Shown here: positions 28,319 through 41,083 of the stretch, piece after piece
How positions within the stretch are numbered: the stretch's first letter is position 1
Layout: each line of letters begins with the position of its first letter
NCBI GenBank assembly: GCA_000934665.2
Contig: KZ538834.1
Location: forward strand, 1-45,213
From: Catajapyx aquilonaris
Taxonomy: Eukaryota
DNA: 45,213 bases
Direction of reading: 5' to 3'
Notes under the pieces: generated by a model
Database searches by the model: none
What the model saw: only the letters and a program-made list of their open reading frames with translations
What the model was told of the DNA's origin: nothing
Program-made: the position numbers and the translations under genes

Positions 28319-28796
28319 TCTATAGAAGTTGACATAAATGCTGAGAGGTAGCAGTTTGGTCTCACCGCGGAGTCCCATCGGTCCAGTCCATATTCATTGC
28401 GACACTAATGTAAGTGGCTCATTGTCACATGCAGTTTAGCTATTGTTAGGCGACCGGAAAAAAAGTGCCCGTCAGCTGCAGTTGTAATCCCGTGGCGCCA
28501 TGTGACGGTGCAATTTGTCACACATAAGTTACTTCACACCGCTGCTGGCCGGATTAGCATGCGCTATTACCGACAACTTTTCGTATCGCAATTTTTGGCC
28601 AATTGCGATATAAGTGATTTAATTACTCTCGGGTTTTTTTTTGCTAAAAATAACTATTTTTTTCCTCTCTTGTTTTTCTCGGCCGTTGATTGAGTCAATT
28701 CCAAGTCCAAGCTGAGTAAACAACATCTCAACTTGTCCCAACTATCTGGGTCATCCTACGAATCTCAATTTCCTCTCGATCAAAGCCGAGAAGCAC

Positions 28797-28883
28797 NNNN
28801 NNNNNNNNNNNNNNNNNNNNNNNNNNNNNNNNNNNNNNNNNNNNNNNNNNNNNNNNNNNNNNNNNNNNNNNNNNNNNNNNNNN
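28797..28883. other. Assembly gap (87 N)
   Basis: Run of N. Confidence 1.
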
Positions 28884-30700
28884 AAAAAAAACGGAGCAAA
28901 TGACGTTCAAAACTGAATTTCCCGTCGACAAATTGCAAGCCCCATTTCAAACGTTTTCCCATGATGAGACGCTGCTAATTGCCATTTCCTCCATTTGTTT
29001 CGTGACTGCACGTGTCTGTCCCAAAACCTCCAAAAATGTCCCGCTCGTCCCAAATACCTTTCCTTCAAAAGGTTGGATCGATGTAATATCGAGCGACCCA
29101 GGTTGATAATAAAATTAAGGTAAAAACTTGTACCCTGAATCTATCTCATAAATTATATTTTGCGAAAAAAAAAAATCTTTAGTGTTTAATCCATCATGAA
29201 GACGTCTCCGGAAACAAGTTTCCCTCGTGGAATGGAGCGCTTCCAAAATGTTATTTCCGACTTGCATATAGCGTTCACTTCCATCTGTTAGACATGGAAA
29301 CGCCAGCAAGGTCAGTCCCTTGCCTTGGAGACTAACTAGGTCTACTCTGCAAGCTACTATAGGACAAGGAACTTGCGGAATAGCGAAGGAGGCACGTGCT
29401 CGTGACAGGCCGCTTGTGTGACACTGGAAGAGAGTCCAAAATGAGACAAATCGTCTCCGGAATGGGAAGAAAATCCGGGCCGTTTCCTTGGAGAAAAATG
29501 CATCCAATTACGGTCCGATGAAAGCAACTTAATGGAAAGATATGGACTCTGAGGGTACATATGGCCTTTGCGGGCTGAGTGCTTTTAAATAGTGCGCACA
29601 GTACAGTTTTCCCCTATTTTTCTATTAGAACTAAATTATTTGGAAAGAGCTTTAAAGGTCAGATTTACATTTTGTTGGGTATTCTACGATCTCTTAGATT
29701 CTGTTTATATTTTCATATATTAATCGGACGGTTTATGCAATAATGAGTCAACCCACATTCAAAACCAGGGCTTTTAATGTCTCAACGGTGAAATTAATTC
29801 AGTGTCTTTTTCAGTCAGTTATGGCAGAAGTATTCAGATTTCGCCAGCATGACTTTAACTGAATGAAGTATGATCCTTTGGCTTAACTCAGATTTGATAT
29901 TTTTGTGAGTTGACACATAACATAACACATAACACATAACACCGTCCAATTGGTGTTTTCTTCCACCGCAAATTTTGTTTCCATTTTAGCGAAGAATTGA
30001 TACACTGAAGGGTGTATTATAATAAATAAGAGGCAGCGTTTGCCACGGTATTGAAAAAAGCGGCGAATCAATAACCAATCCTTCCTGGATGGCAAGTCCT
30101 GAGGGAATATTTACCTAGAGATTACATCAGAAAAAAACTTTTTGCATACTACTCCTACAAGTTTACCTTCCAGCGAAGATTTCTCCGCCCACTTTTCAAT
30201 CTGAAGATGGCGACGACTTTCACCTTCATATATGTACTTTTTTTTGCATCATTCCTCTTCCCATAGTATGACGCGCGGGGGACCCAAAGAGGAACTTTTT
30301 TTATGTTTTAAAAATCAATAAAGTCTCCTCCACTTTGAACGATTAGGACTATGAATAAGTTTTCGATTTTGCAGGTCTCCATAGGAGAGAGGCGTGACAT
30401 CCTCTCCTAGGGTCGTTTGATGATATTACGGTTCAAAAGTTTTGAAATTCCGCTTCTATTGGCGGACGTGAACGTAAAAGGCAGTTTACTTTTCGCATTA
30501 AATAAACAATTAATATTTCTATCGGCAGGGTTAAGTGATATTGAAAATTCTGGGTTGCATCTTACGTCTTATCTCGGATTGTGGCGACTTCCCCAAAAAG
30601 CTTTTGGGAGTAGACATACATTATGATAAAGTTGCTCATAGATCGATCCTTGAGCCAAAAACTGAATTCTGAACGTGTCTGCTGCCTCAGGATGTTGTTT

Positions 30701-30728
30701 CCCCCCCCCCCCNCCCCCCCCCCCCCCC
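30701..30728. repeat. Poly-C tract containing one N
   Basis: Read directly from the sequence. Confidence 0.95.
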
Positions 30729-33700
30729 ATTTTTTAAAACAGTTTAATCCCCCCATATCCCTTCTTGATATTCAGTGGCGCAAAAGGCTACGAAATTGGA
30801 TCAGCGTTGAGCCTCGATTTGAAATCCTGTCTACGCAAACATTAAGTAAACTATATGAGCTACTGAGTTACTGTCAACCCAGACGGTGTGATATTGCATG
30901 CTGTCCTATGGGAAAAAAGTTTGCTATATTATCCTCAAGCTGCGGCCATGACAGGACGTCAGGCGTCACAATTCCGTGTGTTTCCACAATTAGGGCGCGT
31001 CATTAATTCCGACGGGACCCGTCACCTTACTCCAATCAGGTGCCAGCACTGTACACAAGACCTGGCCACAATACTAATTCAAAGGAAAACAGACCTTCGG
31101 AGTTTGCATGCCGCTAACACCTGTTGAACTTAAAAGAGAGAGACCTCATGACCTGCATTTCAATCAAAGCCAGTCAGCGGGATACCACTCGCCACAAGGG
31201 GTGTTAAAATGTTCCTTGCTAATTTTTAAGTCAATTTCTCTAGTGAATTTTTGCAGATTATGGCTCTATTATGGAGCGGTAACTATCCTGATCGTTAGGC
31301 AACCTGGCTGTTTGAAGGGTGGACTAACGGGCAGGATTGTCTTAAAAATTTGCAAGAAAATTAGCCAAAAAGGTACATCCACAAACGACATCTACAAACG
31401 CCCTTACTGCTCTTCCTCTTCTTTTTCTTCCATGGCCGACGACGTGCAGACGCGACCTAGTTTTCCTGCAAAAATGTTCGAATTGACCAAACCCGGCCAG
31501 ATATTCAAGGTCGCCCTATTTTTTCTATTAGGCAAAAATCCGTACTATTTTATATGAACATTTGCGAACAACAGTTTTAACGTAAAGAACTAGTTTGGGA
31601 AGACGACTCTTGGCTTCGAACCAGAACTCTCCGGACCTTAACTTCGGGCTATAAATTGCCCCCCACCCCACCCCCTATTGATTGCATCGAATAAAACTGG
31701 CCTTATTAGGAACCACGCGCACTGTACACATGATGCCGCACAGATTGGGACCACGTGCCTGACTGGATGAAATATGAACGAGGGTGTCCCTGCGCACACG
31801 TGCACACTATGGGGGGGACAGGTGATGTCGCCTGAACTGCCGCGTACCAAGGATTGCGGATGGAGTGAGTTCTGGAGGGGTCGGCCAGAGAGGCTGTGTG
31901 TGCCCCTGCGCCGACAGAGCCAGACCCCGAAAGGAACCCCTGGCAACATCATCATCGTCGTCATCCACCCCACCCCGACATTGCCCCGGATTCTTCCTAG
32001 GTGGAGACGACCCTGTGGGGCATAACTTGCACGGCTCTGATCCGATTAGCGCCGTTGGGTCACTCGACGATGGGTCAGGGAAAAGGGCAGACCATCGTTG
32101 TCATGGGGACAGTTTTTTTTATTATTTTTTGCAAACAGCATCAGAGTTTCTGCTCAGAGCCGCAATTGACAGACGCTAACTGAAAGTGACAAGTGAAAAA
32201 TTGGCGAAAAACTATTGTGGTCAAGGCCACTTGGAAACTGCTGAATACACTATAATATGACAAACATTTCAAGCCACAAATGGGGAGTCAGCAAAATGTA
32301 ACCAAATAATAAGTTACTTATCGATCAATCAATTATAATTATTAATAAATTATAATTAACATAATTAGTCGCAGTTTAATATAATAATTAATTACATACA
32401 AGACGCAAACGTGGAGTCAGAAAAATGTACATATTTGCGTTTTGTAATGTATTTTTGTATTTTGCAATTATTTCCAAAAATATGCCTATGTGCAAATCGT
32501 TTATGTACTTCTTTCAAACTGTGGCTTCAACTTCAGCCCAGAGGCACAAATAAATTGCGTATGTCCTGCCAATTTTGGTCCAGAAATAAATACGGAAAGG
32601 CGATGAATACTAGTTAATTAGAGGATCATAAGCTGTAATGTAACTGGGTCACAGGCAATGCGGCAGAGGTGTAATTCAGGCCTGGAGCATACGTTGCTTC
32701 CAGCATCAATTGTGTGACGTTGTGAAGGCATTCATCCCGGCTCGACCTAATTACGAAGCATATAGATATAAAACGAGCAGGACTTGCAAAACTTTAAAAT
32801 CGATGCTTGTTACGCAACATTTCTGATGAATAAATCAGGTTTGATGGGGGTGGAGTGGCCAGAAAATCCTTTGCCACTATTAGCACTATTGATTCAGTCC
32901 CTTGCAATAATCGGTCATAAACTGGATTCAGTTTGATTCAAGTTTTCCGATCAGTCAATTAAATTCTTGCGTAAAGTTTGTCTTTTAGAAATGGTTTTTC
33001 CGAGGCAAAGAACCTCATTAGCGATTTTCAACATTTGCTGCTATAGTAGAGGTGATATTAGCTAATGAGCTGATTGATGGTTTCAAAGGAACAATTTTCC
33101 AGGGAAGTGACTTCATCAGATTTCGTCCCACGTTCAATAATCGGCTCAATTTTTTTTTCTCGTAATTTCTAAGGTTCCCGCTGCTGACTTCAATTTTCGC
33201 TAATCCGAAGCTTTGCCAAGATTGTCGCAAACTGAGCCACATAGCGTGAATTTAAATTGCTGCCAATACAAATTATTCTGATATTACGCAGCCGTTTCCA
33301 ACACTCTCCTGTAAATCAATTTCGCAGTAATCCGTTTTAAAAATGACATTTCTGCGATAAGGTAATATCTCTGGAGCATGCTGCAAGTAGGCTAAGGTCG
33401 GCACTTTATTGACTCGATCATACTGCAATTTCTATGCGAGCTTGAAGGTCACCAATTTTTCTGAACTACTGACAAGTAGCGAATTACTAAAATATGGCAT
33501 ATTCCACTCAATCTCAATTTTACATAATTACTTTAATTATTCCGGTCGAAGCCAGATGTTCTCGCGTCATCTGGGAACAAGTTGTCAAAGGACTTGCACA
33601 ATAATTGACTATACTTAAATGTAATCTCCCGACCTTGCTCACGTTAATATCTTTTGAGGAATTGTCTAGAGCGGGGCATGTGTCTCTATGGATTCACGTA

Positions 33701-34805
33701 CTTTTTTTTCCACCCCCGAAGGAGCGCGAATAATGAAGCGCATTTTGGCGGTTACAAAAGGAACCTTGGGGCTACTCCAGCCTACCCTTTCTGCCTTCTA
33801 ATTTCGCAGTTCAACTCCAGCATTGTGGCTTCTCAGCATTTCTGGCTTTTCTCGGCGTTTCAAAGTCATGTCCCTTTGTGGGATTCAAGCCGCGTCAATA
33901 TTCCTGCCAATGTGCAAGGTTACATCATCTCCGAATATGAATTAAGGAATATATGAATTTTAGACGAGCCTTAAACTTACTTTTCCCTGTACAGGTATTT
34001 AAATGATGACTTACGTAACATGCCTGCTCTTATCGTACGAATTTGCCGATTAATAACTAGTGAGCCATTTCTAAAGGTTGGTCATCAGTATTTATTGTTA
34101 AAATTTTGTTAGATATGTATGCAACTAGATGACTGACACATTACTGTCCCGAGAATGGTTAATTCTGCATTATAATTACTCACTGCACGAGAGCCTCATA
34201 TCATCATGACATTTGTATAAAGGTCAGGTCGTAACTAAGTTTTATGGTGCATGCCTTTGGTGTATGACTGACCTAGAAGACGATTCATGTTTATACCATT
34301 TGCACAAACAAGTAACTTACGTATCCCAAAAATTAATGTATTCGATGGACCGATATGTCACACACGCATCACAGAGTCCTGTAAAAAATATTTGCGAAAT
34401 TGTCTCGTGCTATACTTAATATGCACATCGCATGTGTTGTTATATTCTGAACAACCTTGAACTGGTCTTTCAACCTGGACGAGAACAACTTCCAAATTGC
34501 GCACTTATTTTGCAAAAACTCTGTACGACAGGATGATTGATGACTATATATTCTGATGACTAGGTAGCGTTACAAGGATATGTTGAACCAGCACTAACAA
34601 AATAACACGGGTGATTATTCACAAATAAAAAAGACTTCATCCCAATAACCAATCTATACAACCATAAACATTTTTGCTGACTTTGTATTCTCCTACAATT
34701 GCGAAAAAAGAATCGTTATAAATTTTTACGTAATGATGTAAGCGTTTGCAACACGAAATATTCAATCTTCTTCCACCGATTCACTCATATTTTCCCGTTA
34801 CTTAA

Positions 34806-35312
34806 AGGGACACTCCACTCAAAATGCAAGTTGGGCTCTAAAAATCGGGCAAGAAATCCTGATTCCGAGTGTATCAGCAGTTTTTCTGAGAGACGAACGG
34901 TAAGGCCAGAGCGAGCCGTCAAAGTTAGGCAATTCGAATCTGGCGCAAAACAGCAGCGCCTCCTCCGGGACTGCCCGGGACTGGGCAGAAATTTGGATAT
35001 TCTTGCGCCATCTTGATCCACGCCATGGTCCGCGCCATCTTTGGTCCGTCCCACAGGTTTATCCCGCCACCTCTTGACCCGACCCGACTTTCAGCACTGT
35101 ATCACTTTCGCCTAGTGCCCGGTGGCGGCGCTCACGGCGGTGGCGGACTGGGCTGGTGGGGCAGCTCATTAGCAGACGACGCAAATTCTGAGTCTTTAAC
35201 GCCTCGTCCTGGCTTTTCTGTTCCGCGTAGAAAAAAACCGATTGCACCTTCGGAATCAGGATTTTTTGCCCGATTTTTAGAGCCCAACTTGCATTTTGAG
35301 TGGAGTGTCCCT
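34806..35312. mobile_element. Non-autonomous DNA transposon (MITE), Kolobok/T2-type, 507 bp
   Basis: TTAA on both sides (34802-05, 35313-16); 63-bp TIRs AGGGACACTCCACTCAAAATGCAAGTTGGG...GATTCCGA with one mismatch; TTAA TSD plus AGG...CCT termini is the Kolobok/T2-MITE signature. Confidence 0.9.
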
Positions 35313-35927
35313 TTAACTCACACTGGCCTTAAATTCAGAAGACATTATGTAACTAAAGTGCTAATAAAATGCAACGCCACGTATATAAATGGACCGCTCC
35401 ATTAGTGTATTTCCACCTACTGAACTATTTTCGACCGACATTGCCGTGCAGATTAGGCCCGCAGATAGGATAATTGGGTCAGGTTCAAGCGGATGTGGCC
35501 AGAATAGCTCGTGTGCGGAATCTGTCATCCAAAAGCCCAACTGGTCGAAAACATTGAAATATATCAGTATGCATGATAAACTTGCTTACTAAGTTCTAAT
35601 AAAATAATTCCAGGGCGCTTGCCTATACGAAAGTGTCACCAAAATTGCTCCAACGAATAGAACAAAATACTAATCTGCTCTTCCTTGCACCTGTAGTGTG
35701 TTGCAGAGGTGGTCGGTGATTGATGAGTCCAGTCGATAATAAAATATAGGTTTGATTCACTATTCAAATGTTTTCACCTGACAGGCTGCATTTTTCGTAT
35801 TATTGGTGTGTCACCCTGCCCAAAAAGGGAAAACCCTCTTTTTGTCACGCCACCACCGTGTTTCAAATCAATAGAGGTAAACTAAACATAACAATAATAC
35901 ATTATCCGTGGGTCTTGCAACGTTCTG

Positions 35928-35934
35928 TATAAAA
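35928..35934 (+). promoter_or_regulatory. Candidate TATA box of the first IR gene
   Basis: TATAAAA 146 nt upstream of ATG 36074; no clean Inr at the expected distance. Confidence 0.4.
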
Positions 35935-36073
35935 GGGTTGTGTATTGGATTTTGTATCCAAGTCGCAGAATTACTTCTTCGGAAACCCCAGAGGGCGTGT
36001 GATGTGATCTAAACGAGTTCTTTTAAAATATAGCTTCCCATCCCGCGAATTTCTGCCTGTATAACATACGAGC

Positions 36074-38023
36074 ATGTCAAGTTCAATTGCGATGTTATTG
36101 ACTATCGCTTGCGGTATGGGAAATTGTGCAACTATTTTGACTGGAAAGGATAGGACGGAGGACGCGCTTGTGACAATCAGAGATCTGGTTTTGGCAATAG
36201 GAGATTCAGGTGGGCCAAAGTCCATTGTACTGTCACACGATTTTGACCACTTGCCTCGAACATTACGGGAATTTTCGAGTGAACGACATCGACAGCTTGA
36301 CTTTTCTGCGGTGATTCGTGCAGGAAGCAGTGTGAACGACTCCTCCTCAAAGACATTTCCGTTCACCGAACGAACCCTGCATGTATTAACCTGCCTGCAA
36401 AAAAACTTTCGCAAGTTGCTGAATGTAATCAGCGCCGTATCCAAGATCAGACTTGCTTATGACTACTTCTTATTCTGGATCAGGGACGCGGATTTTGAGC
36501 AAATTTCGGCCATGTTTTTGGAGGAACCGATGTCTAAGTGGAAGTACAAGCTTATCGCAAGCTTTCAGCCAACAGGTGGTGCAGACCTTCATTCCATCTG
36601 CTTCTATTGCAACGATGGTGAGCCAGACAATGTGTTGATTGGCAAGTATCAATCCGGCGACAAAGTTTGGATCCGACGTCTCTTTCCGGACTTCGCCCGT
36701 GACTTAAACGGCAAGTTTATTCGAATCTGTTTTTTCGAAAATTTCGACCACATATTGGTGAAGGAAAAGATTAAAGCCCGTGTACCTGTGAGCCTCCCTG
36801 AAAATTTTGTGAACGGATTTGCCACCCTGGGTCTGAATGCCACGTGGGAAGTGTACGCCTTGGAGCTGAGCATCAACAATCTGATCGACGCCCCATTGCC
36901 TAATGGCACATGGGTGGGGAAGATCCGAGACATTATTGTCGGAAGGGCTGACATCGGATTGTCCTTCATACCAAGTCCAGATCTGCTGAAAGTGGTTGAT
37001 GCAAGTACGGCCTGCCATTTCGACTCAGTTACGTATGTGACTGGTGTGCCGTCAAGTATCTACTCCTGGAGTGTGATTGTGCAGCCTTTTCTGCCTCTGG
37101 CTTGGTTCTGTACGTTACTCAGCATTGTGGTATCCGCTTTAACATTGTGGATTTTGGCCAAGACAGTTCGAAATGGGGATTCTGCACCACCCCTGTCGAA
37201 ATTTCTTAAGTACACTTCCGGCGCGTTTATTGAGCAATTTTTCCGCATCAAAACCACTCCTTCTTCGGAGATATTCCTGACGTTCTTCCTGTACGTTGTG
37301 ACCATCCTAAGCACCTGCTACCGGAGCAAGCTCTTTTCGTTCATGGCCTTTCCGGCCAAACGAAGTATCCCGACCGATTACAACGAGCTGGTACACTCTC
37401 ATTACAAGTTGTACATGCCCGCCGGACACATATTTCTCTTCAGCAACATGCTGGCCAAGGTAGACATCACAAGCGGAACCATCGTGCACACCTTCCAGAA
37501 GAAGCTGATTCCTAGCGACACCATAGAGCAGTGCATTGAGAATGTTATGCACGAAGACGCGGCATGTTCTACAATCAGTGCTCTTTTGTACATCGCAATG
37601 AACCGGTTTGTGGACTACAATGGACGTCTTCTGGTTAAGCCTTCGTTTGCGTCCGTCTTGGATTATTTCTATCCATTGGCTGTCAACAAAGATGCGGTCT
37701 ACCTGCCTGCCTTGAATGGAGTCATAAGTGGAATTCTTGCAGGCGGATTGATGGAGCGATGGATTAAACTTTCGAACTATGACCAGTTCTTTGCGGGGAT
37801 TATTGAGGGAAGGAATAAGATGAGGGGAAAGGGAGGTGGCGTGGTCGATATTGGATCTCAGGTTTTTAACTTGGAGCAATTGAGCGGTCCGTTCCTTTTG
37901 CTTGTTGTAGGATTTGTTTTGAGCGTTATTGGCTTTGTTTCAGAACACCTTGTAGCACGTTCTTATAGTAAGTACTCAGAAAAGAAGAGACCTATGTATG
38001 GTCGGTATGGGTTTATGCCATAA
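36074..38023 (+). CDS. Divergent ionotropic receptor (variant iGluR chemoreceptor), intronless, 649 aa
   Basis: Signal-like N-terminus; S1 lobe NGTWVGKIRDIIVGRADIG; pre-M1/M1 VIVQPF..LAW; re-entrant GAFIEQ; M3 STCYRSKLFSF (equivalent of SYTANLAAF); S2; M4 LEQLSGPFLLLVVG; no iGluR amino-terminal domain. Confidence 0.93.
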   Translation: MSSSIAMLLTIACGMGNCATILTGKDRTEDALVTIRDLVLAIGDSGGPKSIVLSHDFDHLPRTLREFSSERHRQLDFSAVIRAGSSVNDSSSKTFPFTERTLHVLTCLQKNFRKLLNVISAVSKIRLAYDYFLFWIRDADFEQISAMFLEEPMSKWKYKLIASFQPTGGADLHSICFYCNDGEPDNVLIGKYQSGDKVWIRRLFPDFARDLNGKFIRICFFENFDHILVKEKIKARVPVSLPENFVNGFATLGLNATWEVYALELSINNLIDAPLPNGTWVGKIRDIIVGRADIGLSFIPSPDLLKVVDASTACHFDSVTYVTGVPSSIYSWSVIVQPFLPLAWFCTLLSIVVSALTLWILAKTVRNGDSAPPLSKFLKYTSGAFIEQFFRIKTTPSSEIFLTFFLYVVTILSTCYRSKLFSFMAFPAKRSIPTDYNELVHSHYKLYMPAGHIFLFSNMLAKVDITSGTIVHTFQKKLIPSDTIEQCIENVMHEDAACSTISALLYIAMNRFVDYNGRLLVKPSFASVLDYFYPLAVNKDAVYLPALNGVISGILAGGLMERWIKLSNYDQFFAGIIEGRNKMRGKGGGVVDIGSQVFNLEQLSGPFLLLVVGFVLSVIGFVSEHLVARSYSKYSEKKRPMYGRYGFMP

Positions 38024-38229
38024 TTAACTGCACCCGTGTGTTAACGCATTGTGTTTGCAGTCATATATGATATGAGGCCTAACCTTTTTGTGACACACAA
38101 TTCACATACTCAGAAATGCCTTGCATCCTCATACATTTTCAACTGATGACCATGACAAGAGCCAAAGTGCGGGTATCTTAATTTTTGTGCAACATTAAAT
38201 AAATAAATCACAGCAAATACTAGAATTAT

Positions 38230-38286
38230 TATTACCATTTTGTTTACTTTCGTTACCCCGGTGGGCTTTACAGAGCCGTTGGGGGT
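38230..38286 (-). mobile_element. Severely 5'-truncated non-LTR retroelement 3' end with 15-bp TSD
   Basis: AAATACTAGAATTAT duplicated at 38215-38229 and 38287-38301; insert on minus strand ACCCCCAACGGCTCTGTAAAGCCCACCGGGGTAACG followed by an A-rich/TAA tail. Confidence 0.7.
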
Positions 38287-38549
38287 AAATACTAGAATTA
38301 TACGTATACGTATAATATTATACGTACGGTACTGTATGTTCTCAGAAAATCCGAATAAGAGGGTAATGAAGGAGTCCACTGGAGTAAGAATGTAATACTT
38401 TTATGAATAATAAATAAAGCTGAAAAATTACACCAATCTTTTCCAGAATTGTGCAAAATAATCTCATCCTCCAGTGTGCGCTTGAAACAGGTATGTATAG
38501 TACAGTATCAAGCATGAAACTGGCGATAAAACGTGTAAAGGTGAATTCA

Positions 38550-38903
38550 CATATACGCGAAAAACCATCAAAAGCGAGCGAATTTCAGCTTTCAGCGAAT
38601 TCGCGTCTGACCAAAGGCTTTCAAGTATCGGCGTTTTCCTGAGGACTCTTGCGAATTTAGGTTACTCGCGCGAATACACACAAAATCGCGCCCGTCTGTC
38701 AGAGCCAGATAGAAGCGAATTTTGTACGCGATTTTTACGAAGCGAATTCAGCCCGAACTACCGAGTAAGTTTTATCGCTCGCGGATACGTGAATGTCCTG
38801 AAACTTTTCCGTCTACAAACGAAAAATTCGCTATTTCGTGACGTAAAAGACGCGAAAAAGCAAAATGTAAAAAATCGCTCGCAAGTATTTATTCGCGTAT
38901 ATG
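38550..38903. mobile_element. CpG-rich MITE-like remnant with repeated GCGAAT(T) motifs
   Basis: CATATACGCGAA (38550-61) and TTCGCGTATATG (38892-903) form a perfect 12-bp inverted repeat; many internal GCGAAT/ATTCGC motifs; no TSD seen. Confidence 0.5.
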
Positions 38904-39890
38904 CTATGGCATCTTACATTGCACATACATTTAATAATAAAGATGGATTCCATGCAAATATGCCAATCAGAAATGTAATTTTTAAATATTACATATTATG
39001 ACTCGATACACTGCTATCAGATGTTTGGTTCATGGACATTGCAATGTCAAGGCCGTGATACGCGATTATGAACAAACAGATCATCATCATTGTAAATTTT
39101 ATATACTACCAGTAAATATTGATAGGTGACGTTACAAGTCCGCTCATCCAAGGTCAGCTAATACTGTACTTAAGTAGGCTACACAATGTTTATCCTAATA
39201 GCAGCCCTCAATTTAAACTTTAGAGCAACAATCAATGTTACATACTGATGCTTCCATCGTGTGTTTTAATTTAAAAACAAAGACTTTCCAGTCAGTTATG
39301 CAAAGTAGGGTCATATTATAATATTCCTGCACAAGACAGTAACGTCGCAACATTCCGTTCAAAACAACACCACACATTAATCACTGTTACTTAATTTTTA
39401 ACAAAGTTAACAAACTCCGTTAACAAACTGTAGGAGAGTAATGACTGGTGGATGAAATCGAACCAAACGATTCGATCATCGTGTCAATAATAGATGTTTA
39501 CTGTAGAGGGTATTCCAATTAAAATGTTCGTAATTGTCAGCGAATTTTTTTGGGGGGTACTAAGGCATTTATTTCAAGCGATTACTTTTAGTGGAAGTAA
39601 AATACTCTCAGCTACCTATTATTATTAAGTTGCGTGAACTAATCCTTTTGAAACCCTGCGAAGGCCTCTGGCCTGCAACAAATGGATGCAATTATTGAGG
39701 TTCGAGTCCGATTATTCGAATGGGCTAATCGGATTGTAGTTCAGAATATGAACATATTATTCAATTAGGCTTACTATTAGCAGACTGTATAACCATAAAA
39801 ATTATGCAAAAACAACTGTAAAACTATATCACTAACCAATACGGACAGTTCAATATTATAACACACATGTACACATTGTACAGTATACAT

Positions 39891-39961
<71 letters not shown>
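39891..39961. repeat. (TC)n microsatellite, ~35 units
   Basis: Read directly from the sequence. Confidence 0.98.
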
Positions 39962-39964
<3 letters not shown>

Positions 39965-40856
39965 GTATATACAGGTTCAACCTCATTTCTATCACACAAT
40001 CGGAAAAATATTGCATAAATAAAATGACAACAGCGTTACGTAAGTGTGTTGGTATACTGTCAAGTAGTACATAGTCCATAAACAATAGCCCCATTATTGA
40101 CTTCTCCCAGACCTACACCTGTGGTCAGTAATACTTACTAAATTTTTCTGTAGTAAATGACCAAAAAAACTACTCGTAAACTCTCCTCCGTCATACATTT
40201 TGTACGTTCCACATTCATTTGATATATAGAGAATTCAATGGGCCCTGCGATTGCACGCCAACTAAGCGCTACTTGGCCTTTATTAAATGATATCACCAAA
40301 CTGCGACGGAGGGTTTAGAAACATCCATAAAACGTTACGTAAAGAGAGGATGTTCATAAATAATTTCGAATGGGCCATACGATAATGCTCCATTTCTTTG
40401 TTCACCAATAGTATACAAAATACTGTACAAATATAGGCTGCGCATAAAACTAGTAAACTCTCAAAATGCAGAGTCAATATTGGTAGGGTACTGACAAACT
40501 CGGTTTTAAAAACAAATGAAATCTCCGCATGTGGAATGCACAGGGTGGTCCAACTAGGAAGGAACACTGTTTACAGAATTTCGGTTTATCTATACTGTAT
40601 ATTAGGCCTTAGGTCTACTATACCAATAACCATGCAGTTCCCAATAAAATATGTGTTCCCAAATGCATAATGTTCATGTAATTGCGACACATAAGGTAGA
40701 AGAAAATGTAGCCCTTCTTGCATTGGCTTAAGAGGATGCACCCATTCAGACTAATATTATGCGCCAATATTTTAGATACCATGCAAAAGTATCCGGTCCA
40801 ATGGCTTAGTCAGCTCAGGGAAACATCGCTCATCACTGCAAATAATTCGCACATGT

Positions 40857-41083
40857 TGTGTGGACCACGTGTGTGGTTCCAGCATTTATCCTCTTTTGGA
40901 AATTGTCCCTGTTCTTGTGCGCCATCTGGTGGCTGTAACTCTGTATAAAAGGAAGGGGGCTTCTGCCCTAAAGACTCTCTCTCTTGTATCACTCCTGCAA
41001 TACACTGCTTTAACCTCCTACCGGTCTCTTATTCCACGCCCTGCGAGCTAGCTAGGTCAGGGGTCAGGTCAAGGGTCCTGACA
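40857..41083 (+). mobile_element. Solo LTR (Gypsy-like, 4-bp TSD), 227 bp
   Basis: ATGT|TGTGTGGACC...GGTCCTGACA|ATGT: TG...CA ends, imperfect terminal inverted repeat, 4-bp TSD; internal TATAAAA (40944), CT-rich tract and AATACA (40999). Confidence 0.75.

Noticed and set aside
31600..31660. B-box-like GGTTCGAAGCC on the minus strand
   Set aside because: No cloverleaf, poor A-box spacing and no TSD
34699..35405. ORFs sharing SESGF.ARFLEPNLHFEWSVPL on opposite strands
   Set aside because: Artefact of translating the MITE terminal inverted repeats
28113..40094. Poly-Val (28113-28325) and poly-(Arg-Glu) (39777-40094) ORFs
   Set aside because: Translations of the (GTA)n and (TC)n microsatellites
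35924..40952. 13-bp identity TCTGTATAAAAGG between the first IR upstream region and the solo LTR
   Set aside because: Essentially a TATA consensus; similarity does not extend further
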